A stretch of 26,762 nucleotides of DNA from an uncultured bacterium (lineage in GTDB: Bacteria > Krumholzibacteriota > Krumholzibacteriia > Krumholzibacteriales > Krumholzibacteriaceae). This document shows positions 8,789 to 17,615 of the stretch, one piece after another. The position numbers and the translations under genes are program-made. The notes under the pieces are model-generated. The model was not told where the DNA came from. It was given only the letters and a program-made list of their open reading frames with translations, and made no database searches. The stretch's first letter is position 1, and each line of letters begins with the position of its first letter. The stretch spans positions 1 through 26,762 of the forward strand of contig CBDUYR010000038.1 in NCBI GenBank assembly GCA_965371515.1. Direction: 5' to 3'.

Positions 8789-11700
8789 TCACCTTACTCT
8801 GAACCTTCCCGTGCCCACTTCGCGGATCTCTTTTTTGTACTTGCCCGTATGCGTGAGCGGCGGCATGAGCACGCTCTTTCCCGCGCCCGGGCCGGCGGCC
8901 GCGAGCTTTGCCTCGCCGCCACCCTTCCGCTCCTGTCCAGTATTCCAGTACCATGGGAGCAATTCTTTTGCGTTTTTTTCCACCACCGAACGAAGCTGCG
9001 CCGCCGTATCGGCGACATCCTTCAGCCCGAACTCCGACGCGAGCCCTTCGAGCACTTCCCTGCCCGAGGCTCCGGCGGGAGGCTCTACGGCGCGGCTGTA
9101 CTCGACGACCCTGCCCTCGAAACTGCACCTCGTGCCCTCCGTCTCGAGGAAGGTCGAACCGGGCAGCACGACGTTGGCAAAACGCGTCGTTTCCGTATCG
9201 GCCCAGTCGATAGCCGCGAGAAATTCTATGTTCTGAAGCCACGAACCGGTCGCGCCCCAGGCCATCGGATCCTCGCCGATCACGAGGGCTCCCCTGATCT
9301 CCCCCTTCTCGAGCAGCTCGAGCAGCTCCTTTCTCGTGCGGACACCCGTGACCGCTTCAGGAGGGGCGATCCTGCCCGGCGCGAAGGCCGGGTCGGCGCC
9401 TGTTACCGCAAGGCCAGCCGTATTGGAGAAGGTCCTCGGGAGGAGGAACTCCGCCGACATTCCGGCCGCCCTGAGCAGAATTACGAGATTCGCCAGCGCC
9501 TCCAGATCGCCGGCCGACTGGTCCTGCCTGCGATCGGGGCTGTGGATGATCACAATATTTTTCGCGCCTGCTATCATCGCCGCAGCCGATTTTATCTTCT
9601 CCTCGTCCACACCGCTCACGGCCGCAGCCGCTGGGGCTGTCCCCTTGAGAGCCGCGGTGAATTCCTTCCCGCCCGGCATCGCCGCGATCTTCTTAGCGTC
9701 GAAAGCACCGCTGTCGATGAGAGCCTTCGTTATACCGCTCCATAGGATCGCGGCCGTACCCCTCATCGGATCCATCGCGACGCTGGCCAGGTGCTGGTCG
9801 GTCATGTCGAGGGCCGAGTTCGAAACGATGAACTTCGCGCCCTTCCTGACCGCATCGATCACGTCGACCGCGAGGATCAGGTGGTCCGACTCGAGCGAGG
9901 TGTTGTTGCAGATAATCAGGTCGGCGTCTGCAAGGCAGGACCTGTCGGCTGTCGAAGCTGTGAATCCGAGGATCCCATCGAGCGCACCGGCTTCGCTGCC
10001 CGTCCCGAGTATCGACAGGGAAACGATGTTGTTCGTTCCTATCGCCTCGCGAGCGATCCGCGCAGCGAGAAACATCTCCTCACTGGTCAGTTCGGGCGAT
10101 ACGAAGACCCCGACCTTGTCGGCGCCGTACTTCCCCGCTATCGAGAGCAGCCCCGAGACGATTTCCTGCTGGGCGCCGCACATGTCGATATTTTCGCGTT
10201 TGCTGCCGCTCCTCATCAGCGGGGCTGTGAGCCTCTTGTGCCTGATAAAAAGCTCCTGTCCGAACCTGCCGTAGCGGCAGAGGTATGCTCCCGCCCTGTC
10301 GGGCGTCGTCGTGAAGTAGCGGTCCTCGCCGAACTTCCTGACGTTCATCTCGCATGCGAGCGAACAGAACGCGCAGTTCGTCTCGATCGTCTCGTCGTAG
10401 AGCGCGGCCCTCCCGGGGAAGGGATACTTGACCGTCAACGCAGCCGTCGGGCATGAGTCGACGCAGTTTCCGCAGCTCACGCAGCTCGTCTCGACGAGAG
10501 GATCGTTCATAGCGGGACGCATCTCCGTCCGGAACCCCCGGCCGACCAGGCCGAGCGCCGAGATGGGAAGGACCCGTTCGCATGTCCTGATGCACCTCGC
10601 ACAGAGGATGCACTTGTTTGGATCGTATATGATGTATGGATGCCGCTCGTCGACCTTGTGCTTACGCGCGTACCCCTTGTATTTCTCCATATCGACGCCG
10701 TACTTCTCCGCCCCGAGCCTCAGGTCGCAGTCATAGAACCTCACGCACCCGCACGAGAGACACCGGTCGCATTCGTGGACATTGTCCTCGAACTCGAACC
10801 CCGTCGCAACTTCGCCAAAGTTGCCGCGGCGCTCCTCGACATCGATGAAATGGACCTCGTGCCTCGGGCTCTCCTTTACGTCGCCGAGCTCGGTCTTTCC
10901 AGGTTTCGCCCAGAATTCCTTTCGCACGACGAACGGTTCGGCGGGTTGTTCTTCGCCCCTGAAGAAAGCGTCGATCGCCTTCGCCGCCCTCTGCCCGTCC
11001 CTGATCGCATCGATAACGACCGTCGGCCCGTCGTCGGCGGCGTCGCCGCCGGCGAAGACACCCTCGACGTTCGTCTTCATCGTAGCCAGGTCGACGACAT
11101 ACGTATTCCAGCGGGTCAGCTCTATCTCCTCGCCGTCGACGCCGGTCAACCCGTCGAGAACGGCATTCTGACCGATCGACGATATCGCCATCTGGCAGGG
11201 CAGGTCGTATTCCGACCCTTCCAGCGGCACGGGGCGCCGGCGTCCGGAATCGTCCGGCTCGCCGAGCTTCATCCGCTGGCACCTTATTGCCTTGAGCTTT
11301 CCGTTCTCCGCCACGATGCCGACGGGGGCGGCGAGCTCCATTATCTCTATGCCCTCCTCGAGGCATTCTTCTATCTCCATCCTGTCGGCGGGCATCTCGT
11401 CCTTCGTCCGCCGGTAGAGCACGATGACCTTGTCGGCGCCAAGGCGCCACGCCGTCCTCGCAACATCCATCGCCGTATTGCCGCCGCCCACGACGACGAC
11501 CGTGCCTGTCAGGGGCTCGGGCTTCTCATTCATCACGGGAAGGAAATCGGCGCCGGTAAGGACGCCCTCCGTATCGAACTCCCCCTCGACCCTCATCGGC
11601 TTGCCCGTCCACGCCCCGGCACCGAGGAATACGGCGTCGTGCTTCTTCCTCAGCTCATCGAGCGTGACGTCCTTACCGACACGGACATTGTAATGGATCT

Positions 11701-12472
11701 CCGCGCCCGTCTTGCAAATATGCTCTACTTCCTGATCGATCACATCGTCGGGCAGCCTGTAGGTCGGGATGCCGTACCTGAGCATGCCTCCCGAGCGGTC
11801 CATTGCCTCGTACATGACGGGCTTGTGGCCGCTACGGCCGAGGAACCAGGCCGCCGTAAGGCTGGCCGGCCCCGCGCCGATGAGGCCGACCGTCTTGCCG
11901 GTCGACGGCGCGCACTCGACGTCTCCATCGTACGCACCGGGAACGTCGCTGAGGAAACGCTTGATCGCGTTGATCCCGACAGGCTCGTCGACATCCTCCC
12001 TGCGACAGACTACCTCGCACTTGCGGACGCAGACCCTGCCGCAGATAGCAGGAAGCGGATTAGTCTCACGTATCAGGTCGATCGCCTTGCGGTACTGTCC
12101 CATCGCCGAGAGGGCTATATATCCCTGTGCATCGACGCCCGCGGGACACCCTTCCATACAGGGTGATACGCAGTCGGCGTAGTGATTGGAGAGAAGAAGC
12201 TCGAAAGCGGTCTTTCTCGACGCTATGATCCTGTCGTTCCTTGTCTCGACCTCCATCCCGTCGGTCACTCTCGTCGCGCAGGAGGGAACGAGGTTGGCTC
12301 TGCCCTTGACCTCGACGACGCAGACAAAACACGATCCGTAGGGCGGAAGCTCGGGCGAATGGCAGAGGGTCGGGATATCGTCAAGTCCCTGTTCCCTGAC
12401 GACCTCGAGGATCGTCTCTCCCGCCTTCGCCTCTATCGATTGTCCGTTGATCGTCAGCTTGATCTTTTCCAT
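8789..12472 (-). CDS. Large (A) subunit of a Bfu/HydABC-type oxidoreductase: 2Fe-2S + GltD-like FAD/NADPH module + NuoG-type Fe-S + degenerate molybdopterin-oxidoreductase fold (NfnABC/Nso/Sfr-like)
   Basis: IPTLCH..GSCFVCVVE..PSCAT; CVSPCMEGCP, CGRVCVRKCE, GAGPAS, GGGNTAMD, YRR; CILCARCIRTC, CVSCGNCVDSCP, CAFCSLAC..LC; start set at ATG 12472 (MEKIKLTING) by the GAGGAG RBS. Confidence 0.85.
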   Translation of the reverse strand: MEKIKLTINGQSIEAKAGETILEVVREQGLDDIPTLCHSPELPPYGSCFVCVVEVKGRANLVPSCATRVTDGMEVETRNDRIIASRKTAFELLLSNHYADCVSPCMEGCPAGVDAQGYIALSAMGQYRKAIDLIRETNPLPAICGRVCVRKCEVVCRREDVDEPVGINAIKRFLSDVPGAYDGDVECAPSTGKTVGLIGAGPASLTAAWFLGRSGHKPVMYEAMDRSGGMLRYGIPTYRLPDDVIDQEVEHICKTGAEIHYNVRVGKDVTLDELRKKHDAVFLGAGAWTGKPMRVEGEFDTEGVLTGADFLPVMNEKPEPLTGTVVVVGGGNTAMDVARTAWRLGADKVIVLYRRTKDEMPADRMEIEECLEEGIEIMELAAPVGIVAENGKLKAIRCQRMKLGEPDDSGRRRPVPLEGSEYDLPCQMAISSIGQNAVLDGLTGVDGEEIELTRWNTYVVDLATMKTNVEGVFAGGDAADDGPTVVIDAIRDGQRAAKAIDAFFRGEEQPAEPFVVRKEFWAKPGKTELGDVKESPRHEVHFIDVEERRGNFGEVATGFEFEDNVHECDRCLSCGCVRFYDCDLRLGAEKYGVDMEKYKGYARKHKVDERHPYIIYDPNKCILCARCIRTCERVLPISALGLVGRGFRTEMRPAMNDPLVETSCVSCGNCVDSCPTAALTVKYPFPGRAALYDETIETNCAFCSLACEMNVRKFGEDRYFTTTPDRAGAYLCRYGRFGQELFIRHKRLTAPLMRSGSKRENIDMCGAQQEIVSGLLSIAGKYGADKVGVFVSPELTSEEMFLAARIAREAIGTNNIVSLSILGTGSEAGALDGILGFTASTADRSCLADADLIICNNTSLESDHLILAVDVIDAVRKGAKFIVSNSALDMTDQHLASVAMDPMRGTAAILWSGITKALIDSGAFDAKKIAAMPGGKEFTAALKGTAPAAAAVSGVDEEKIKSAAAMIAGAKNIVIIHSPDRRQDQSAGDLEALANLVILLRAAGMSAEFLLPRTFSNTAGLAVTGADPAFAPGRIAPPEAVTGVRTRKELLELLEKGEIRGALVIGEDPMAWGATGSWLQNIEFLAAIDWADTETTRFANVVLPGSTFLETEGTRCSFEGRVVEYSRAVEPPAGASGREVLEGLASEFGLKDVADTAAQLRSVVEKNAKELLPWYWNTGQERKGGGEAKLAAAGPGAGKSVLMPPLTHTGKYKKEIREVGTGRFRVR

Positions 12473-12483
12473 GGACTCGCTCC

Positions 12484-14262
12484 TCAACTCTTGTAGACCG
12501 CATCGAAGTTGCAGCTCGTAATGCACTTGCCGCACCTGACACAGATGGAGTTGTCGATCACATGCAGTTTTTTCGGTTCGCCGGAGATAGCGTCTACCGG
12601 GCAGTTCTTCGCGCAGAGCGTGCAGCCGGTACATTTCTCCGGTTCTATATTGAAGTCGACCAGCGCTTCGCACGAAGCGGCCGGACATCGTTTATCGTTT
12701 ATGTGGGCCTCGTACTCGTCCCGGTAATAACGGATCGTAGTGAGGACCGGGTTGGGTGCGGTCTGCCCGAGGCCGCAGAGGCTCGCCTCCTTGATCTTCT
12801 CGCCGAGCTCTATGAGCTTCTCGATATCGCCCGGTTCACCTTCGCCCTTGGTGATCCGTGTGAGGATCTCGAGCATCCTCAGCGTGCCCACGCGGCAGAA
12901 AGTGCACTTGCCGCAAGACTCGTTCTGCGTGAATTCGAGGAAGAACCTCGCCATCTCGACCATGCAGGTCGTATCGTCGAGCACAACCATACCGCCCGAG
13001 CCCATGATCGCGCCCGTAGCGGGAATAGACTCGAAATCGACGGGAGTCTGACCGAGATCAGCCGGTATGCATCCCCCCGAAGGCCCTCCCATCTGGACTG
13101 CCTTGAACTTGCGCCCTTCCTTGATCCCGCCGCCTATTTTGAAGACAAGATCGTCGATCGTCGTGCCCATCGGCACCTCGGCGAGCCCGCCCCGCAGGAC
13201 CTTGCCGGCAAGGGCGAAGACCTTCGTTCCCTTGCTCTTCTCACTCCCGAACGCCGCGTAGGCGCCCGCGCCATTGACTATGATCCAGGGAACGTTGGCG
13301 TACGTCTCGACATTGTTGTTGTTCGTCGGCTTGCCCCAGAGTCCCTTCTCGGCCGGGAACGGGGGCCTGATCCGCGGCATGCCGCGCTGACCCTCGATCG
13401 AAGCGAAGAGCGCCGTCTCCTCGCCGCAGACAAACGCGCCTGCGCCCTGCTTTATCTTGATGTCGAAATCGAATCCCGCTCCGAGGATGTCCTTGCCGAG
13501 ATATCCCTTCTCCCTCGCCTCGTCGATCGCGATGGTAAGACGCCTGATTGCGAGAGGATACTCGGCGCGGCAATAGATATATCCGAAAGAGGCGCCGATC
13601 GCCCTCCCGCAGATCACCATCCCCTCCAGTATCGCATGCGGATCCCCTTCGAGGACCGAGCGGTCCATGAACGCGCCGGGATCGCCCTCGTCGGCGTTGC
13701 ACACGACGTACTTTTTATCTGCCTCGTTACCGGCGGCGAACGACCACTTCAGCCCGGTAGGGAATCCCGCCCCGCCCCTGCCCCTGAGGCCAGAGGCCTT
13801 CATCTCGTCGATGATCCCCTCGGGAGTCATCTTGAGCAGCGCCTTTCGCAGCCCCTCGTATCCGCCGGCCTCTTCATATTCATTTATCGATTCGGGGTCG
13901 ATCGTCCCGCAGTTGCGCAGCACGATCTTTTCCTGAAGAGACTGAAACTCCAGCTCGGAACCGGCCCCGATCACGCCTTCGCTGATACCCAGCGTCATGT
14001 GCTCCTCGAGGATCTCGCCGCCCTTGACGTGTCTATCGAAGATCTCCTGGGCAAGCTCCTCGGTAACGCCGCCGTATATCGTCCTCTCGCCGTCCGAACG
14101 GATCTCGACGAGCGGCTCGCAATAGCACATCCCGATGCAGCTCGTTCCCGACAGCTCGAACGCGCCCGGATTCGCCTCGAGGATCCCCTCGAGCTTTTCG
14201 TAAACCTGGCGCGCGCCGGCGGAGAGACCGCATGTGCCCATTCCCACAATTACTTTCGTCAT
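12484..14262 (-). CDS. NuoF/HydB-like (BfuB) FMN/NADH-binding subunit with C-terminal 2x[4Fe-4S]
   Basis: GLRGRGGAGFPTG, NADEGDPGAFMDR, GAGAFVCGEETAL, GGPSGG, ESCGKCTFCRVG, LCGLG, two CxxCxxCxxxC motifs; N-terminal thioredoxin-like Cys domain. Confidence 0.92.
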   Translation of the reverse strand: MTKVIVGMGTCGLSAGARQVYEKLEGILEANPGAFELSGTSCIGMCYCEPLVEIRSDGERTIYGGVTEELAQEIFDRHVKGGEILEEHMTLGISEGVIGAGSELEFQSLQEKIVLRNCGTIDPESINEYEEAGGYEGLRKALLKMTPEGIIDEMKASGLRGRGGAGFPTGLKWSFAAGNEADKKYVVCNADEGDPGAFMDRSVLEGDPHAILEGMVICGRAIGASFGYIYCRAEYPLAIRRLTIAIDEAREKGYLGKDILGAGFDFDIKIKQGAGAFVCGEETALFASIEGQRGMPRIRPPFPAEKGLWGKPTNNNNVETYANVPWIIVNGAGAYAAFGSEKSKGTKVFALAGKVLRGGLAEVPMGTTIDDLVFKIGGGIKEGRKFKAVQMGGPSGGCIPADLGQTPVDFESIPATGAIMGSGGMVVLDDTTCMVEMARFFLEFTQNESCGKCTFCRVGTLRMLEILTRITKGEGEPGDIEKLIELGEKIKEASLCGLGQTAPNPVLTTIRYYRDEYEAHINDKRCPAASCEALVDFNIEPEKCTGCTLCAKNCPVDAISGEPKKLHVIDNSICVRCGKCITSCNFDAVYKS

Positions 14263-14273
14263 TGGAATTCTCC

Positions 14274-14780
14274 CTAAGCCCTGTCCCTGCAGCCTGCTTC
14301 CGCTTCCGCCGCGGTCGCCCTCTGTTCCTTACGCTTGACCTGTCTCAGGAGTTTACGCAGGGAGCTGGGAGTCAGTCTTCCGTACGTATCGTCGTCGATC
14401 ATTATCACCGGCGCGAGCGAGCAGCACCCTATGCAGGCAACGGTGTTGAAGGTGAACAAACCATCCTCTGTCGTGCCGCCGACCTCGATGCCGATCTCGT
14501 CCTCGATCGTCTCGATGATCGTCTTCGCTCCCGAGACATGACACGCCGTTCCCGCGCAGGCCCTGATGAGGTACTTGCCCATAGGCTGCAGCCGGAACTG
14601 GCTGTAAAAGGTGATTACCCCGTAGACTTCCGATTCGGGGATCCCCGTCACGCCCGAGATATACGTCATTGCTCTGCGTGGAATGTACCCGAAATGATCC
14701 TGGGCCGATTGGAGAAGCGGAATCAACTCTCCCGGCGCCCCATCGTACCGCCACAGGCGGTAACTGAAGTTGTCTTCCAT
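14274..14780 (-). CDS. NuoE/HydC-like (BfuC) [2Fe-2S] subunit
   Basis: LIPLLQ..Q..FGYIP, TFYSQF, CAGTACH and CIGCCSLAP; start ATG 14780 or GTG 14795. Confidence 0.9.
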   Translation of the reverse strand: MEDNFSYRLWRYDGAPGELIPLLQSAQDHFGYIPRRAMTYISGVTGIPESEVYGVITFYSQFRLQPMGKYLIRACAGTACHVSGAKTIIETIEDEIGIEVGGTTEDGLFTFNTVACIGCCSLAPVIMIDDDTYGRLTPSSLRKLLRQVKRKEQRATAAEAEAGCRDRA

Positions 14781-14915
14781 GCCGGTCGTGATCACCTCTC
14801 TCCCTTCTCCCGGCGCACACCGCACCGGCGGACTGGGACAGTGAAGGCGACGGCTGCCCCTGAAGACAGAAAGCAGCCTCCGATTGATGATCTATATTGA
14901 CTCAGGCCGAGTGAA

Positions 14916-14931
14916 GCTTCCCGCGGGAAGC
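14916..14931. repeat. Perfect 16-bp palindrome between the regulator gene and the nuoE-like gene
   Basis: GCTTCCCGCGGGAAGC is its own reverse complement. Confidence 0.55.
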
Positions 14932-14935
14932 GGGA

Positions 14936-15925
14936 TCACTCCTCGACCAGCTTGATGACAGTCGCCTCGCGGACCCTGAGAACACCGTCGATCTCGCTGA
15001 GTTTCTCGATGATCCTCGGGGTGCGGCCGACCGCACCCTGGCCGGTGACCATGCCGACCAGCTTGGTCCCGTCCTCGATGACGTCGCAGAAGATCACCTC
15101 GTCGATAAAAAAGACGGTAGTGAATATCTGCTGCATCGCGTCCTTGTCGATATCGACGATGATATAGCTCGTTGTCCCAGGCTGCTTCGCCGGCGTGGTC
15201 TGCTTCTGCGCCTTCACCGCGCCGGAGTATATCTTTATGAATTCACCGACGTCGCGGTCGAGCTTCGGACGCTCGATCTCCGACATAGAAACGACCTCCA
15301 CCCCTTCCATCGCCGCGATCCTGTCGATGACGGTCTTGATCTCGTCCTGGGATCCGGCCTGCGCGAGGATGATGATGTCGAAGTCGCCGCGAACGGCCTC
15401 ACACCTCTGGACGCCTTCCATCTGGTACAGCTCGTTGTAGATCTCCATCGACTTGTCGGAATCGGTTATCTTGATCGTGACGTAGGTGCTGACCGATTCC
15501 CTGATGCTGACGTCTCCCGGCGCTTCATCTGCGGCGCCCGCTTCGGTGGTCCCTGGGGCGAGTTCCTCGAGGGCCTTGACGAGATCAGGGATCTCGAACG
15601 GCTTGTCGAGATAGCCCGTATTGTGCTCGGACAGGGCTGTTAGTTTGAGGGACTCGTCGCCGAATCCGGTGATCACAAGCACGGGAAGATCGGGATGCTG
15701 TATCTTTATCACCTTGAGGATCTTCAACCCGTCGATGTCGGGCATGAATATATCGGTAACCAGGTAATCGTACTTGATGCCCTTTTCCTTGGCGGAATTG
15801 AGCTCATGTATTGCGGAGATCCCGTCGGGACAGGCAACAGCGCTATAGTCTTCCTGGGTAAGCCCGACAGTGAGATTACGCCGGATTTCAGCCTCGTCGT
15901 CGATTATCAGTACGCGTCCCTTCAC
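14936..15925 (-). CDS. Response regulator: REC plus two tandem Lrp/AsnC ligand-binding (RAM)-like domains
   Basis: REC (IIDDE, VTDIFMP, ITG, DKP); repeats EGVQRCEAVRGDFDIII...IAAMEGV and DEVIFCDVIEDG...LSEIDGV; GTG start at 15925 after a GGAGGAGG RBS. Confidence 0.8.
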   Translation of the reverse strand: MKGRVLIIDDEAEIRRNLTVGLTQEDYSAVACPDGISAIHELNSAKEKGIKYDYLVTDIFMPDIDGLKILKVIKIQHPDLPVLVITGFGDESLKLTALSEHNTGYLDKPFEIPDLVKALEELAPGTTEAGAADEAPGDVSIRESVSTYVTIKITDSDKSMEIYNELYQMEGVQRCEAVRGDFDIIILAQAGSQDEIKTVIDRIAAMEGVEVVSMSEIERPKLDRDVGEFIKIYSGAVKAQKQTTPAKQPGTTSYIIVDIDKDAMQQIFTTVFFIDEVIFCDVIEDGTKLVGMVTGQGAVGRTPRIIEKLSEIDGVLRVREATVIKLVEE

Positions 15926-16017
15926 GAGTTCCTCCTCCGATGATCTAGGATTTTTCAATAAATTGCGGTGAGAATACCGCGCATTTTCAGTACCCCTGCT
16001 TCCACACATCCCGTTGA

Positions 16018-16046
16018 ACAATATACAGCTTTAGAGAAGTTGTCAA
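16018..16046 (-). promoter_or_regulatory. Sigma70-type promoter heading the redox cluster
   Basis: TTGACA (16046-16041) - 17 nt - TATTGT (16023-16018). Confidence 0.65.
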
Positions 16047-16076
16047 ATAAATTCGGTATATCTGAAAAGTGGACAG

Positions 16077-16109
16077 AAAAAGCACCCCCGCCATGGCGGC
16101 GAGAGTGCT
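16077..16109 (-). terminator. Intrinsic terminator downstream of the serpin gene
   Basis: Minus strand AGCACTCTCGCC-GCCAT-GGCGGGGGTGCT-TTTT; two G-U pairs work only on this strand. Confidence 0.8.
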
Positions 16110-16267
16110 CTATCTACTTATAATTAAGCCTGTTATAAAATAACACGGGCGCTATGTTCAGACGTAACCAACCTCCTCCGCCGGAGACTGCAGCAGGACC
16201 AGTCCGATCAGCAGGTTGTAGGCAATCCCCAGCACCATGCCGAGCCTTGATCGTGCTTGCAGATAGT

Positions 16268-17530
16268 CTAGAATTCGGAGGGTGCGATAGCGCCGTTCGC
16301 CTCCATGACACGCCCGATGAACATAACTGTACCAGTCGGCTCGTCCACGATCGCGAATATGAATGGCCGTACAGCATTGAAGTGCGGGACAGTTCCGAGA
16401 GTGAGGGCCATACCGCTCATAGCGAAGGCGCCCGTTCCATGCTCGTTGACATACATCTCGGTCTTGTGCACGACCGTGCTTATCCAGGGTATGCCGTCAT
16501 CGATTCCGTCTATCCCCGAGAAATCCGCTCCCGCGTAGAAGGCCGAGGACATGCCCATCTCTTCGAGGATCCGGGAGAGTTCCAGATCGGTGCTGATAGT
16601 AAAGCGGGGCAGCATGATGTGAGTAAAGCCGGTCTCGAGTGAATCATAGAGGGAGATGACCAGTGAGGCGTCCAGGCCCTGTTCGAACGATTCGAAATTT
16701 CCCTCTTCCGGCAACAGGATCAGCATCGAGACAAGCTCGCCCTCGTAAGACAGCTTCAGAACGTCGTACCCCTCCCCGTCGTACGATTCAAAGTGATCCT
16801 CTCCATGCATGAAGGGAACCGTTACTGTGGATCCATCGAGAAGATGGAAATCTTCGTTGTATGTATAGTCCGAATTAAAACATTTGAGCCATTTCGCTTC
16901 GAAGCAGAAGGTGTTCGCAAGAACAAGGCACGTAAATTGGTCGATCGAGCCATAGGGAAACGCGTCGTCTATCCAGTAATCGGTCTTCTCGTATATCCAG
17001 TCGTTAATGATCGTTCGCGAACCTTCAGGATCCGACATGAAATCGAGGGTGTCCATCTCAGTATCGTAATAATACTGCAGTGTGTCCTTGAACGACTGGA
17101 GAACGGTGAAGCTTTTGTCTATCCAGCAGCCGTTGGCAATCTTTATAGTAAACCCGTCGGTATTTCTGCCGCAGAGTTCATCGTTGAGCAAACTCATCGC
17201 CTCATGAAATCCGTTCTTCTGCGGATAATGGAAATTCATGACATCGGCGATCTCGAGCTCCGTATCTCCTCTCGCACCGGCGTATAGCATGGCGAACGCC
17301 ACTTCCGTACTGTGAGGAGAGATCATAAAATTACCATCAGAATCCTCAGCAACCTTTTTATATAGATCCAGCGCGAATTCATTGTTTCTGGCGATCCGTG
17401 TCTCGAGATCCGTAACTGTATATTCTATGTCATCTCCAACAAGCCCCGTACCCTGGTCCTCTCCGCATCCCTGCTGAAAGATCACCATAGACATGAGTAG
17501 AATGACAAAGAGCGGGTAGAGTCGTTTCAT
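16268..17530 (-). CDS. Serpin family protein, predicted exported/lipoprotein
   Basis: NNEFALDLY, NFMISPHS, LYAGARGDT, INDWI..KT, LVLAN..FEAKW, V.VPFM, SMLILLP, LPRF, VNEHGT hinge, RPFIFAI...FIGRV; signal peptide ending QGC; GGAGG RBS before ATG 17530. Confidence 0.93.
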   Translation of the reverse strand: MKRLYPLFVILLMSMVIFQQGCGEDQGTGLVGDDIEYTVTDLETRIARNNEFALDLYKKVAEDSDGNFMISPHSTEVAFAMLYAGARGDTELEIADVMNFHYPQKNGFHEAMSLLNDELCGRNTDGFTIKIANGCWIDKSFTVLQSFKDTLQYYYDTEMDTLDFMSDPEGSRTIINDWIYEKTDYWIDDAFPYGSIDQFTCLVLANTFCFEAKWLKCFNSDYTYNEDFHLLDGSTVTVPFMHGEDHFESYDGEGYDVLKLSYEGELVSMLILLPEEGNFESFEQGLDASLVISLYDSLETGFTHIMLPRFTISTDLELSRILEEMGMSSAFYAGADFSGIDGIDDGIPWISTVVHKTEMYVNEHGTGAFAMSGMALTLGTVPHFNAVRPFIFAIVDEPTGTVMFIGRVMEANGAIAPSEF

Positions 17531-17581
17531 CTTGAACCCCTCCAAAAAATAAACGGCGAATAGAGGCGGGAACTCACTCTT

Positions 17582-17610
17582 ATTTTATCACTATTCCGGC
17601 CGCCGCGCAA
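17582..17610 (-). promoter_or_regulatory. Extended -10 sigma70-type promoter for the serpin
   Basis: TTGCGC - 17 nt - TAAAAT, with TG one base upstream of the -10. Confidence 0.55.
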
Positions 17611-17615
17611 CCGAC

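Noticed and set aside
12473..12688. N-terminal 72-aa extension of the 1299-aa ORF
   Set aside because: Overlaps the B-subunit gene in another frame; the RBS and domain start point to ATG 12472
8789..14780. Calling the ABC genes formate dehydrogenase, [FeFe]-hydrogenase or respiratory complex I (nuoEFG); possible selenocysteine
   Set aside because: No Mo-ligand Cys/Sec, no in-frame TGA, no H-cluster motifs and no membrane Nuo subunits in the window
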